Part shown: in pieces, positions 9,578 to 20,200 of the stretch
Layout of the letters: every line of letters starts with the position of its first letter
Position numbering within the stretch: the first letter of the stretch is position 1
Source of the DNA: an uncultured virus (IMG/VR IMGVR_UViG_3300005083_000031)
Lineage: Duplodnaviria; Heunggongvirae; Uroviricota; Caudoviricetes
Reading direction: 5' to 3' (one strand)
DNA: 64,000 nucleotides
IMG/VR virus record: IMGVR_UViG_3300005083_000031
The notes under the pieces: model-generated
Seen by the model: only the letters and a program-made list of their open reading frames with translations
Told to the model about the DNA's origin: nothing
Databases searched by the model: none
Translations under genes and position numbers: made by a program

Positions 9578-11239
9578 ATGCGCTGCATCATCGACGAGTT
9601 CTCCGGCATCCGTCCCAAGGCCCCGAGGCATGCGCTTCGTCGGCAGGAGGCCGTCGTCGCCCGGGACGTGGACCTGCGCAACGGGCGTCTGCAGGCGTGG
9701 CGCGAGCGCAAGGACGCCGGGAGCGTGGAGGACGGTGTCAAGTCCTTCTTCCCCTACGGCTGCTGCCTTCTCCAGTGGGACGAGTGCGTGCATGCCGCGA
9801 CGTATCTTCCGGACTACGAGGGGCTCTACGTCTCCGGGCGCACGGCGTACGCCGAGCGGGTGGCGCTCGAGGGATGCGACCCGTACCATTACAGGCTCGG
9901 GGTCCCCGCCCCGACCAAGGCCCCGACGGTCGCCGCCGTGACGGCGTGCGACAGGGACGTGGCGTCCCGGGCGTACTTCTACACCTACGTCAACCGGTTC
10001 GGCGAGGAGTCGGCCCCCTCTCTCGCCACGAACCAGCTCTCCGTCCACGACGGGGCCAGCGTCACGGTGTCCGGCTTCATCCAGCCCGATGCGGCGTGGG
10101 GCGTGGTCGGCTGGAGGCTCTACCGCTCCTGCACGGCGTTTCGCGATCCCAAGGAGCGGCTGCAGGACGTGGCCTCGGACTTCCTGCTCGTGGCGTCCGG
10201 CTCGTTCCCGACGTCCTCCTTCACGGACAGCCGTCCCGACCAGTACGTCGGCCCCGTCTGCGAGACGCGGGACGTGCGCTGCCCTCCCGTGGGGATCCAG
10301 AACATCTGCGAGATACCGACGTGGGGCGTGCTTGCCGGGAGCATCGGGAACAGGGTGCTGTTCAGCGAGAACTACGAGCCGTGGAACTGGCCCGTGATGC
10401 GGGAGTTCACCATGGACGCCAACGTGGTCCATCTCGCGAGCCAGGACGACCGCCTGTTCGTGACGACGGACAAGCGGCCCTACATCTTCGACCTGTCGAA
10501 CCAGAAGCCTTTCGCGGTTCCGCCCGTCGGCGGCCCCGACCTTCCGTTGCCGGACATCGCCGCCCAGCACGTGACGTCCTTCTGCCTCACGCCCCGGGGG
10601 CTGGTCTACTCCACCAAGGAGGGGCTCGTGCTGCTGACGCCGGACGGACGGCACAACATCCTGACGACGCCGTGGTACGGTCCGGCCGAATGGGCGCGGA
10701 TGTCCCCCGAGACCGTCCGTCTCGCATACTGGGAGACCTTTCTTTTCTGTGTGACCGACCAGGTCGGCTTCGTGTTGCATATCGCCGACTGGAACGACGT
10801 CAGGGGCTGGCATCTCGCGGAGATCTCCGACCGCCCGACGGAGATGCGGGTCACGGAGGGCGGCGAGCTTCTGATGCTGGAGGGGGGTCACATCTGGCAG
10901 TGGAACGCCGGGCACGTCCTGCGTCCCTACGTCTGGGAGAGTTCCGACCTCAAGGAGACGGACAGCCAGAAGGAGTACTACGCCCGGGCCAGCTTCCCCA
11001 CGGGTGCCTACTGGAGCCCCGCCAGCCTCAAGGGTCGGGTGCCCGAGGGGTCGGTGGAGGTGACGGTGAAGGCCGTGGGTGCGGGTGTCGGATACACGAG
11101 GAGTCTTACGGGGGAAGAGCCCGTGAGACTTCCGAGGATGGGACGCCACATGGCGTACCGTCTCCGGGTCGAGGGGACCGGCACGGTGGATTTCCTCGAG
11201 ATCGGAACCAGTCACAGAACCGTGAACCAAGGAGCATGA
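9578..11239 (+). CDS. Tail nozzle / DNA stabilisation protein
   Basis: 'RAYFYTYVNRFGEESAPS' motif and beta-propeller-like repeats. Confidence 0.7.
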   Translation: MRCIIDEFSGIRPKAPRHALRRQEAVVARDVDLRNGRLQAWRERKDAGSVEDGVKSFFPYGCCLLQWDECVHAATYLPDYEGLYVSGRTAYAERVALEGCDPYHYRLGVPAPTKAPTVAAVTACDRDVASRAYFYTYVNRFGEESAPSLATNQLSVHDGASVTVSGFIQPDAAWGVVGWRLYRSCTAFRDPKERLQDVASDFLLVASGSFPTSSFTDSRPDQYVGPVCETRDVRCPPVGIQNICEIPTWGVLAGSIGNRVLFSENYEPWNWPVMREFTMDANVVHLASQDDRLFVTTDKRPYIFDLSNQKPFAVPPVGGPDLPLPDIAAQHVTSFCLTPRGLVYSTKEGLVLLTPDGRHNILTTPWYGPAEWARMSPETVRLAYWETFLFCVTDQVGFVLHIADWNDVRGWHLAEISDRPTEMRVTEGGELLMLEGGHIWQWNAGHVLRPYVWESSDLKETDSQKEYYARASFPTGAYWSPASLKGRVPEGSVEVTVKAVGAGVGYTRSLTGEEPVRLPRMGRHMAYRLRVEGTGTVDFLEIGTSHRTVNQGA

Positions 11240-11240
11240 C

Positions 11241-11699
11241 ATGATCACCTGCGAGTACGTACCTGCGCCGAAGGACCTCACCACTGTCGTGGCGTTCGTC
11301 AGCAATGAGCTGGAGCCCCTCTACAGGAAATCGTGGGACGAGACGTGGAGAGGTGTCTATGACGAGCCTTTCGATTTCGATGTCGCCACATTCGGGCGGA
11401 TGTGGGCGTCGCGCATGCTGAAGATCGTCATGGCGAGAGAGAATGGCGTCGCGGTCGGCTTCGTCCTGGGCGCCGTCGCCCGGCCTCTGACCTATGCGAA
11501 GACGTCGTTCGAAGTGCACGACTGGTACGATTCCGGTCGAGAGGATGTCCGGCGGCAGCTCTTCAGCTTCCTGTCCGCCGCGCTTCAGTTCATGGATGTC
11601 GACGAGGTGACCGTTCGGGCGAAGGAGATCGACATTTCATTGGGTGAAGGCTGGGGACCTGCAGGGATCGGACTGTCGTCGAGATTCGTCAGGGGGTAG
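11241..11699 (+). CDS. GNAT-fold-like virion assembly protein (putative)
   Basis: 'IVMARENGVAVGF' beta hairpin; position after nozzle gene. Confidence 0.5.
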   Translation: MITCEYVPAPKDLTTVVAFVSNELEPLYRKSWDETWRGVYDEPFDFDVATFGRMWASRMLKIVMARENGVAVGFVLGAVARPLTYAKTSFEVHDWYDSGREDVRRQLFSFLSAALQFMDVDEVTVRAKEIDISLGEGWGPAGIGLSSRFVRG

Positions 11700-11702
11700 C
11701 GG

Positions 11703-12530
11703 ATGTCCAGCAATGACAAGTGTTGCGAAGACAACTTTCTTGGCGGATTGACGAACGCGGGGAAGGCGGCCGTTGACGCCATTCTCCTGGGACTTTCCTA
11801 TTACAGGGCGTACAACGAGTTCCAGCATATTCTCTCGCTGGCCCAGAAAGAGAAGGAGATTGCGGACAGGTATGCGGCCATGGCCGAGGGATGGTGGCAG
11901 TATTATGACAAGTCCTTTGTGCCCGTGGAGAATCGCGAACTCGCCGAGGCGATGTCGGAGACGATACCCGCCCCCGATTACGAGATGGCCCAGGGTCGCG
12001 CCCGAGTCGCGGCGTGGATAAAAGGCAAGGGCCTGTATCGTGACGCCAGTCGCGGCACGACGCGCTGGTGCACCGGCATCCGGCAGTCGCTGCTGGCGCA
12101 GTTCACGGGAAGGGGGGCGGATGCCGTCGCCATGACGGATCAGCTTGGCTATCGCAACGAGCGGGCGTATATCGAGGTCCGGGATGACGAGCGGTTCCTG
12201 CACAGGATAAACACCGTCAAGCGGGGGCGGGACATGATGGCCGATTCCGTGCAGCTCGGGAAGCTCGCGGTGAACGCCTATGGCAGCCTCTCCGATCAGG
12301 CGTGGAAGGGTCTGGCCGAGGCCGGGTACACGGCGGGGTATCTCATGAACCGCGACCGCAATCCCACCTTCGCCGCAAGGACGGGGACGTCGCGGGGGGT
12401 CACCGAGCCGGAGTACAGGGCATGGACGCAGGATCCGATAGAGCGGTACTTCCCGGGTTCCGAAGGGGCGATGGGTCCGTTCGGGGATGCGGAGGGCACG
12501 CTTCGGGATCTGGGAGTCTACAGGTATTAG
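11703..12530 (+). CDS. Putative internal virion/ejection protein, paralog A
   Basis: Helical, Ala/Gly-rich; shares motifs with next gene. Confidence 0.6.
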   Translation: MSSNDKCCEDNFLGGLTNAGKAAVDAILLGLSYYRAYNEFQHILSLAQKEKEIADRYAAMAEGWWQYYDKSFVPVENRELAEAMSETIPAPDYEMAQGRARVAAWIKGKGLYRDASRGTTRWCTGIRQSLLAQFTGRGADAVAMTDQLGYRNERAYIEVRDDERFLHRINTVKRGRDMMADSVQLGKLAVNAYGSLSDQAWKGLAEAGYTAGYLMNRDRNPTFAARTGTSRGVTEPEYRAWTQDPIERYFPGSEGAMGPFGDAEGTLRDLGVYRY

Positions 12531-12539
12531 GAGAACGTC

Positions 12540-13559
12540 ATGTTTCCAAGCTGCACCTGCAACTGTCTTTCCCAGGATGTCGCCAGCGCCGTCAGGTCGT
12601 CGGGAAGCGACACCAAGTCGTCGATAGACAGTCTGAAGAGCGACGTCAAGACGGCCATCGAGAACTCTCTCGTCAAGGACGAGAAGAGCGTCTCCAACTC
12701 CATCACGAAGGCCAATGAGGAACTCCGGAAGCTCCTGAGCGGTTCGGAGGCGACGAACTGCAACAGCAACACGAAACTTCCCGCCAACGTGCGGTTCTGT
12801 TCCTGGAACGCCCCCGAGTGGGGGGGAGAGTATGAGATTGCGCTGGGCCTTGCGATCGCCCTGTTCTCCGCATGGTGGGAGGGGCAATTGCTGGATGACT
12901 ACCACGAAATCGAGGACGCTCAGTACGAGCTTGCCGACAGGTATGCCACGCTGGCTGAGAACAAGTACTATCGATGGAGGGATGGGGGCTACAAGGCCCT
13001 TGAACTGTCGATCCTGAACGAGACGGACACGACTCCGGTGCGTGTCGCCGATTGCGTGGGTGCACGGAACCGGGCGTCGATCAGTGTGACGACGGCGTAC
13101 AACAACGCGAACGAGGACATGGCATTCAGGGCGCAGGCGTCGCAGATGTGCCTCGACGACGCCCTGATCCAGGCCCTTCAGGTGGACCAGGCCCGGATGC
13201 TGACGGACACCATCAACTTCGCCTACCGCGACGAGGAATGGTTCACCGACTACGCCAACGACAAGCGGTGGAACCGGCGCAGCGACATCCTCAACCTCGG
13301 GCGCAATCTCTCCACCCTGAGCGCCACGTACGGCGAGCTTGCGGGCGAGGCGCTCAAGGGGGCCGGGACGAACAACCAGCGGCTGCAGGGCATGATTCTC
13401 GGGGGGCTGGGGTACATCGGCTCCCGGAACGACACCAGCTACCCGCGCACCATGATGGGGGCCAGCGTGTTCCAGGCGACCAACCCGAAATACAACAGCG
13501 CCGCCACGCTGTCCACTGATGTGGGGCAGGCGTCCAGCCCTCCCGGAGTTGCGGCATGA
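12540..13559 (+). CDS. Putative internal virion/ejection protein, paralog B
   Basis: AGGAG RBS; 'ADRYA' and 'DKRW.R...LNLGR' shared with 11703 gene. Confidence 0.6.
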   Translation: MFPSCTCNCLSQDVASAVRSSGSDTKSSIDSLKSDVKTAIENSLVKDEKSVSNSITKANEELRKLLSGSEATNCNSNTKLPANVRFCSWNAPEWGGEYEIALGLAIALFSAWWEGQLLDDYHEIEDAQYELADRYATLAENKYYRWRDGGYKALELSILNETDTTPVRVADCVGARNRASISVTTAYNNANEDMAFRAQASQMCLDDALIQALQVDQARMLTDTINFAYRDEEWFTDYANDKRWNRRSDILNLGRNLSTLSATYGELAGEALKGAGTNNQRLQGMILGGLGYIGSRNDTSYPRTMMGASVFQATNPKYNSAATLSTDVGQASSPPGVAA

Positions 13560-15505
13560 GCGAGAACGTCTCCGTCGAATGGATGGACGAGCTAGAGTTC
13601 GCCGACAAGGCCCTCGACCCCCTCGGACATCTGGTCTTCCAGCGGTTCAACCGCAGCGTCATGTGGCAGGGCTCCGAGGAGGTCAACGGCATGCCGCTCC
13701 GGGACGTGCTGACCCACTGCTACGACCAGCAGAACGGCATCCTCTCCGTGCAGGACCGCGAGATCGTCGACGCCATGGGGGTGGACGCCTACATCAACAT
13801 CACGGCCACCAAGACCAACCTCGTCCACTCCTTCCTCGGCCAGACGCTGACCAGCGGCCCGTCGCTCCCCTGGACCGTGATGCCCACGCCCCGGCCCGAA
13901 CTGTCCCCCGCCATGAAGATGCGCGTGCTGGACGAGGTCCGGGCCTACTTCTTCGAGCAGGCGATGGATGGCAAGCAGCTCGCCGCCTTCGCCTACGCCG
14001 CCAAGCGCAAGGCGTATGCGGAGGAGGTCCGCGCCGCCGACAAGGCGGCCGCCGCCATGATGGAGCTGATCACCGACCAGTGCGAGGAGGGGGGCTTCTA
14101 CAACGCCCTCACCGGCTTCATCCACGACTTCGCCGTCTACCCCTTCTCCGTGTTCCTCGGGCCCCGGAAGGTGAAGGCGCCCCGCATGGTCTGGGGCAGG
14201 AACAAGCCGAGGCTGGTGGACGAGATGTTCTACACCTTTCGCCACGTCTCCCCGTGGGACTTCCTCTACACGCCGGACAGCCCCGACTGCCAGCGGGGGA
14301 GCGGGGTCTTCGTCCGGGAGTACTGGACGAGGCGCGAGCTTGTCGCCGCCGCCACCATGCCGGGGTACATAAAGAGGAACATTCTCGATGTGCTGGAGAA
14401 GTGCGACACCAACAGCGAGTTCACCCTCCGCTGGCTGACCCGGGACCCCGACAAGCGCAAGCGGGACATCGCCCTGTGGTCCTCCAACGTGGCCCCCATC
14501 GAGGTGCTGACCCACTACGGCCTCTTCTCGGGCCGGGAGCTTGGCGAGTACGGGGTGTCGGGTCTCGACGACCACGAGTTCTACGAGGCCGAGGTGGCCC
14601 TGTGCGGCTACCGGGTCATCAAGGTGGTGGGCCCCGTGAACCCCGCCATCCCCATCCGGCCCGTGTACACGGCCAGCTTCTACAGGACGAGCGCCGACCG
14701 CATCCCCGGCGAGGGCATAGCCCAGCGCCTCCGGGACGTGGAGCGGTGCTACCTCGCCTGCCTGCGCTATCTCATGCAGAACGCCGCCATGTCCTCGGCG
14801 CCCATCACGGAGGTCAACTTCCAGCGGGTGCAGCAGTGGATGAACGAGGAGGACGTGGGCAAGGTGGTGCCCGGGACGATGTACCTGGCGGACGACAGCC
14901 CCGTCGGCAACACCCCGGCGTTCAAGTTCTACTCCGTTCCGAGCAACCTCCCCGCCTACTCCCAGCTCATGGAGATGTTCCTCCAGCTCGCGGACAGGGT
15001 GACGAACCTCCCGGCCCAGCTTCACGGCGAGGCCGTGGGCAGCGGGGCCCTGCGGACCTTCCGGGGGATGGAGAGCCTGCAGGGCAACGCCACCCGCTCC
15101 CTCGAGAGCGCGGTCAAGAACATCTCCGAGGGGGTCTTCGAGCCCCTCGGCGAGCTTCTCTACATGCTGAACATGATGTACAGCCCCGACGCCACGGTGA
15201 AGGGCGACGCCAAGATCGTGAGCCGGGGGGCGGTGGCCCTGCTGAAGAAGCAGCAGGAGAAGACGTCGGCCATGGAGATACTGCAGGTCCTCGGCGCAGC
15301 CGGGCAGCAGTTCGCCGGGGTGGCCAACATGGCCCCGCTGGTGAAGTGGGCCCTGCTCACGATCCTGCCCGCCATGAACGTGCCGGAGCATGTCGTCGAG
15401 GCCATGGAGGGACCGAGCATGGGAGCCATGCCGAATCCCAACCCCAACCCCGGGGCCGGGGCCCCTCCCGCGCCCGCGGAGATGGCGCCCCAGTCGCCGA
15501 TGTGA
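13556..15505 (+). CDS. Portal protein
   Basis: 649 aa; 'VSPWDFLYTPD', 'IPGEGIAQRLRD', 'ADRVTNLP...G..RT..GM..L..NA', Gln/Pro/Met tail as in podoviral portals. Confidence 0.8.
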   Translation: MSENVSVEWMDELEFADKALDPLGHLVFQRFNRSVMWQGSEEVNGMPLRDVLTHCYDQQNGILSVQDREIVDAMGVDAYINITATKTNLVHSFLGQTLTSGPSLPWTVMPTPRPELSPAMKMRVLDEVRAYFFEQAMDGKQLAAFAYAAKRKAYAEEVRAADKAAAAMMELITDQCEEGGFYNALTGFIHDFAVYPFSVFLGPRKVKAPRMVWGRNKPRLVDEMFYTFRHVSPWDFLYTPDSPDCQRGSGVFVREYWTRRELVAAATMPGYIKRNILDVLEKCDTNSEFTLRWLTRDPDKRKRDIALWSSNVAPIEVLTHYGLFSGRELGEYGVSGLDDHEFYEAEVALCGYRVIKVVGPVNPAIPIRPVYTASFYRTSADRIPGEGIAQRLRDVERCYLACLRYLMQNAAMSSAPITEVNFQRVQQWMNEEDVGKVVPGTMYLADDSPVGNTPAFKFYSVPSNLPAYSQLMEMFLQLADRVTNLPAQLHGEAVGSGALRTFRGMESLQGNATRSLESAVKNISEGVFEPLGELLYMLNMMYSPDATVKGDAKIVSRGAVALLKKQQEKTSAMEILQVLGAAGQQFAGVANMAPLVKWALLTILPAMNVPEHVVEAMEGPSMGAMPNPNPNPGAGAPPAPAEMAPQSPM

Positions 15506-15512
15506 GGTCGTC

Positions 15513-15956
15513 ATGGTGCCGCAGTCCAGATGGCCGTCGCTGGCGAGGGACCTCGCCATCCACCGGGTGCCCGGGTCGCCCATTGACCTCGGGGACATAA
15601 AGGGTGTATACGGCGTGGAGGAGGCCGAGCTGGTCGCCCTCGTGAAGCTGCCCGCCTTCGCCGCCATGGTGAGGGCGGAGATGCGCAACGTGGAGGCGGC
15701 GGGTTCGAAAGCCGTGGCCCAGTACAGGGCCAGCACGCTGGCCGCCGCGCTGTCGGAGAAGCTGTACCGGGACGCCACGGAGGGGGAGATGAAGACCGCC
15801 GACGAGCTGAAGTTCCTGGAGCTGCAGATGAAGGCGGCGGGGTACATGGACTCCGGGGAGCGGGGCTCCCCGCAGGTGAGCATCACCAACGTGAACGCGT
15901 ACGCCCCGCCCGTTCCCAGGCTAGCCAATCCCAAGCTACGGCATCTGGAGGCGTGA
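15513..15956 (+). CDS. Hypothetical protein, possibly terminase small subunit
   Basis: GAGG RBS; 147 aa helical with C-terminal 'VSITNVN' strand. Confidence 0.45.
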   Translation: MVPQSRWPSLARDLAIHRVPGSPIDLGDIKGVYGVEEAELVALVKLPAFAAMVRAEMRNVEAAGSKAVAQYRASTLAAALSEKLYRDATEGEMKTADELKFLELQMKAAGYMDSGERGSPQVSITNVNAYAPPVPRLANPKLRHLEA

Positions 15957-15957
15957 C

Positions 15958-16461
15958 ATGTCCTTCGCATTCCCGCAGTGGAACACGGACCTCGCCGGTC
16001 TCGCAGGGCTCGGGCAGACCGTCAACACCCTCGGCTCCTTCCTGCCCGGCTACGTGCAGGGGCGCAACGACGCCGAGAACGCCAACTGGCGGGACCGCTT
16101 CGCCGGGATCGAGCACGCCTTCCAGACGGAGGCCTTCCCCGACCGCGTTCGGGCCTATCGGGCCAATTCGTTCCGGACCGACCTCGCCGCGCAGAACGAC
16201 GTGTTGAATCTCGGGGCGAACGCCACGCTGATGCCGTATCGACTGGACGCCACAATTGACAATTTCAATACGCAGAAGGCGATCAACCCCTATTACGAGC
16301 AGATGCTGAAACACCTGTTCGAGAAGGGGGATTACGGCAACATGGCGAAGGTTCTGGGGGGCATGGGTCTGCAGGCCGAGAATCGCCCCTATCCGGTCGG
16401 CCGGACGGAGGAGCAGGAGACGCTCATGGCCCTGGCGAACCCGGGGAGGTATTACGGATGA
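15958..16461 (+). CDS. Putative internal virion protein
   Basis: GGAGG RBS; position before giant gene. Confidence 0.55.
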   Translation: MSFAFPQWNTDLAGLAGLGQTVNTLGSFLPGYVQGRNDAENANWRDRFAGIEHAFQTEAFPDRVRAYRANSFRTDLAAQNDVLNLGANATLMPYRLDATIDNFNTQKAINPYYEQMLKHLFEKGDYGNMAKVLGGMGLQAENRPYPVGRTEEQETLMALANPGRYYG

Positions 16462-17210
16462 GCCCCGAACAGTACATCCAGCTCCAGCATCTGGGCACCG
16501 TGCCGTCCTACAACGGACTGGCGCAGGGCGGAGGTCCCGTCGTCCTGTCGATCCCCCCGCGCACGCAGTACATGACGGTCGCCGATCTCCCCCGCCCCGT
16601 CTACACGCAGCTCGGGGCGGCGGCGAGAGGCTCTGGCGGCGGCGGCGGCAAGGGCGCCGGGACGGCGCCGGCGAAGAGCAAGGAGGAGAAGGAGAAGGAG
16701 AAGGTGGAGCGGGCGTACAACAGGAAGCCCTACGATGGCAGCGAGGACTACAGGCGCGAGAGTCCGAAGCCGCTCAGGAGGGATTCGACGATGCCTCGCG
16801 GCGCGACGAGGTGGAACAGGTTCGCCGAAGGGGCGGGTGATCCGGTCGGTCTTGCGTACGACTACCTGGGCGCCGGACAGGGTGTCGCCGACTCGCTCAA
16901 GTCGCTGAGCCCGGAGCAGCGGGCGGAGACGATGGAGGGGCTCAAGCTCTTCGGCGAGCTGGCGCTCACGCAGATGTCGGGACTGGGGCTGATTTCGCTG
17001 GCCCGACGCTTCCAGAACATGCTCGCGGGCCTCCGGGTGGGCAAGAAGCTGCTTCCCCCGACCACCTTCCAGCAGCCGACGGGCCTCAATCCACGGCAGT
17101 ACCCGTGGGTGCGGCAGGGGACGCCGGGCTCGATGGTCAACAACTCGGGTCCCGCGCACGCCCCGACGCCGCCCTGGTATCAGAATCTTGTGAGGGGTGC
17201 GACGCCATGA
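16458..17210 (+). CDS. Putative internal virion protein
   Basis: ATGA-coupled at both ends. Confidence 0.55.
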   Translation: MSPEQYIQLQHLGTVPSYNGLAQGGGPVVLSIPPRTQYMTVADLPRPVYTQLGAAARGSGGGGGKGAGTAPAKSKEEKEKEKVERAYNRKPYDGSEDYRRESPKPLRRDSTMPRGATRWNRFAEGAGDPVGLAYDYLGAGQGVADSLKSLSPEQRAETMEGLKLFGELALTQMSGLGLISLARRFQNMLAGLRVGKKLLPPTTFQQPTGLNPRQYPWVRQGTPGSMVNNSGPAHAPTPPWYQNLVRGATP

Positions 17211-20200
17211 CCGGATGGGAGATACCGCAGGTTCCGGCGATCCCGGACCCGTTCAAGTCCGGCGGGGGCGACGACGGCCTCAGCCTGCTCAGGATGGCGC
17301 AGGGGATGCTGGGTCGCCGTGGCGGCGGTGGCGGCGGTGGAGGGGCCATCTTCGACCCCGACATCGGCGACTACGTCAACATCCCCGGCGACACCGCCAG
17401 CGAGCGGCAGGCCAACTTCGAGGCGTGGAAGCAGTGGCAGCTCAACCAGAAGCTGGCGGCGCTCGAGGAGGACCCGGAGGTTGGGGACGCCGTCAAGGCG
17501 CTCCGCAATCCCGAGGGCCTGTCAACGAAGAAGGCGAAGGAGGAGATCGCCAAGCTCCGGGCCGCCATTCCCGCCGCCGCGGCGCGGCACAAGATCTCCC
17601 CCGCCCTCCTCGCGAGGGCCGTGGTCGATCCCATAGAGAAGGCCAACGAGAAGCGGGCCGCGGATGCGTTCTCCCTCGGCACGGAGCTGCACGCCGCCGC
17701 CCTGTCCGCCAAGCAGTCGCTCAAGGGCAGCGTCGACGCCATCCGGGACGCCATGCCGTGGTCCACGGAGGAGGAGCAGTTCCAGCGGTGGCAGCAGCGG
17801 CTGAAGGACGAGGAGGAGGATCGCAAGAGGAACGCCTACCTGCAGGAGCGCACGCTCCGGATCGCGGAGGCGCAGCAGGCGGATCCCGAGGGGATGCACC
17901 AGCTCGACTACTTCCTCGAGAACCCCCTTGGGGAGACGCTCGTCGGCTTCGGCCACGCGGCCCCTCTCATCGGGGGCATGGCCGCCGCCGGGCCCGCCGC
18001 CGGACTTCTCGGCCCGCTTGGAGGGGCCGCCATGCTCGGCGCCAACACGGCGCTGTTCGCGGCGATGGGGGCGCAGGAGGCGCAGCAGGCCGCCTTCGAA
18101 CGAATCAAGCAGTCCAACCCCGGCATGTCCGACGCCGAGGCGTGGGAGCAGGCCAACGAGGCGTCCGGCGCCGGTGCGTTGGGCGGGGCCGTCGCCGGTG
18201 CCGCCCCCTTCGGCATCGCCAGGGGTGTCGGGGCCATGGGCATCCGGGCGCCCCAGCTTCTGGCGCGTGCGCAGATGGCCGCCGGCAAGGGCGCAGGGGC
18301 GGAGGCGCTGAAGAAGGCCACCGCCGACCTCCCGAACATGATGCTGGGCACGGCGAATCGCGTGGCCCCCAAGGCCGAGGCGGCCGTCCTCAAGATCGCC
18401 CGGGAGAGTCTCGGTGCCGAAGTGAAGGCGGCGGGCGGGACCGCCGACGACTATCTGGCGCGGCTCATCACGACGCCCATCCCGAAGGCGGCGCAGACCC
18501 CGGCCATGGCCAGGGCCCAGGCGCTGGCGGAGATGTACAACAAGCGCGGGTTCATCGGCCGCACCGTCGCGCACACGCCGCAGACGCTTGCCGATCTCGA
18601 GGCGATGCACATCGCCAACGAGCTGGGAAGGAACGCGGGCATAGCGCAGGCGACGGGGGAGCCCATGGAGGGCGTCGGTCTGGAGGGGATGCTGACGACG
18701 GCCGCCACTGCCCTGCCCTTCGCCATGATGGGCGGCATCCGGAAGCCGAAGGTCCCCGTCGGGGAGATGGTTCCGAAGCCCAAGACGACGGACACCGGGA
18801 AGGGGGGCACGGACGCCGCGCCTGTCGAGGGCGTCGGCGGCACGGCGCTGCCTCAGGACGTCCTCGATCTCGACCCCTCCGCCCCCGACTACGAGGCGCG
18901 GCTGTACCAGCTCTTCGACAGGGATGCCAGGACGGACGTCGACGTGTCGGAGGACTATCTCGGCGCCTACACGGATTTCAAGAAGCATCTCGAGAAGGTC
19001 GGGGCCGACCTGTCGAAGAAGAAGAGCAAGATGTCGCCCGACCGTTTCATCCAGGAGGCGTTCCGTTTCGGGGAGAACGCGGACCTCGACGTGGAGGACA
19101 ACGTCTGGATGCGCACGCTCCGGGCCGCACGGGAGGTCGTCATGCTGGCGCCCCCCGAGTATCGCGGGGCGGCGGTCCGGGAGACGATGAACATGCTGCG
19201 CTGGCTCGAGACGAAGTCGGGGTACGGCTTCAAGTCCGAGAGGGGTGCGGGGCACTTCTCCATCGCCGACGCGTTCCTGACGTATCTTGCGCATCCCGAG
19301 CGGTTCGAGGAGGTGGATGCCAACGGACGGCGCAACATCCATCTCTTCCAGAAGCGGGGCGGCGCACCCATCGACGCCGCGGCGTGGGTCAAGAGCGGAG
19401 GCGGCGACGCGGGTGCGGGCGTTCGCGAAAAGGTCGAGCGCGTTGGGAAGGCGAACAGCATCGACGAGTACGTCGACTTCATCGACTCGATGGTGGCCTT
19501 CGACGAGCTGTTTTCCAACAAGGACGGCACGCCCATCAGTCCGTTCCTCGCCAGCGGGAAGCCGAACCCGACGTTCAGGAAGCGGTTCGCCGAGTGGCTC
19601 CAGTTGAGCAAGCATTACAAGAAGGGCGACCAGAAGACCCTTGACAGGCTGCTGGCCCGCGTCGCCAACAGGTGGAACAGGAAGTTCGCGGACATGGGGA
19701 CCGAGGGCGAGACGGACCAGACGGGGCAGAAGGGCGGCAAGAAGGGCGGCAAGAAGGGCGGCAAGAAGGGGGCCAAGCCCAAGGTGCAGAACGAGGTGAC
19801 CTTCGATTCGAAGGATCATGCGGGAATAAAGAATGTCAGCTACGACATAAGGAAGGACAAGTTCAAGAAGGGCTCGGTCATCGTTCTGGAGGACGGCACG
19901 CAGTTCGACCTTTCCGGGAAGAAGTTCTTCGAGGGGCTGCAGGAGGCCATGGCCCAGATGAAGGATCCCGCGTATGCGCAGAAGCTCGTCAAGGTCATGT
20001 CCGACAAGCTGGCGGCGGTGATGGAGGCGAACGAGAAGGCGAAAGGCGGCAAGAAAGGCAAGAAAGGCGGGAAAGGCGACGAAGAGGGCAAAGGCGACGA
20101 AGAGGGCAAAGGCGACGAAGAGGGCGAAGGCGAAGGCGAAGGCGAAGGCGAGGGTGAAGGCGACGGCGTCTCGTTGTCGGATGCCTTCAAGAGCTTCGAT

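Noticed and set aside
8057..15970. Long antisense and alternate-frame ORFs (1082, 748, 792, 693 aa)
   Set aside because: They overlap well-supported structural genes and are Arg/Gly/Pro-rich, as expected for high-GC shadow frames.
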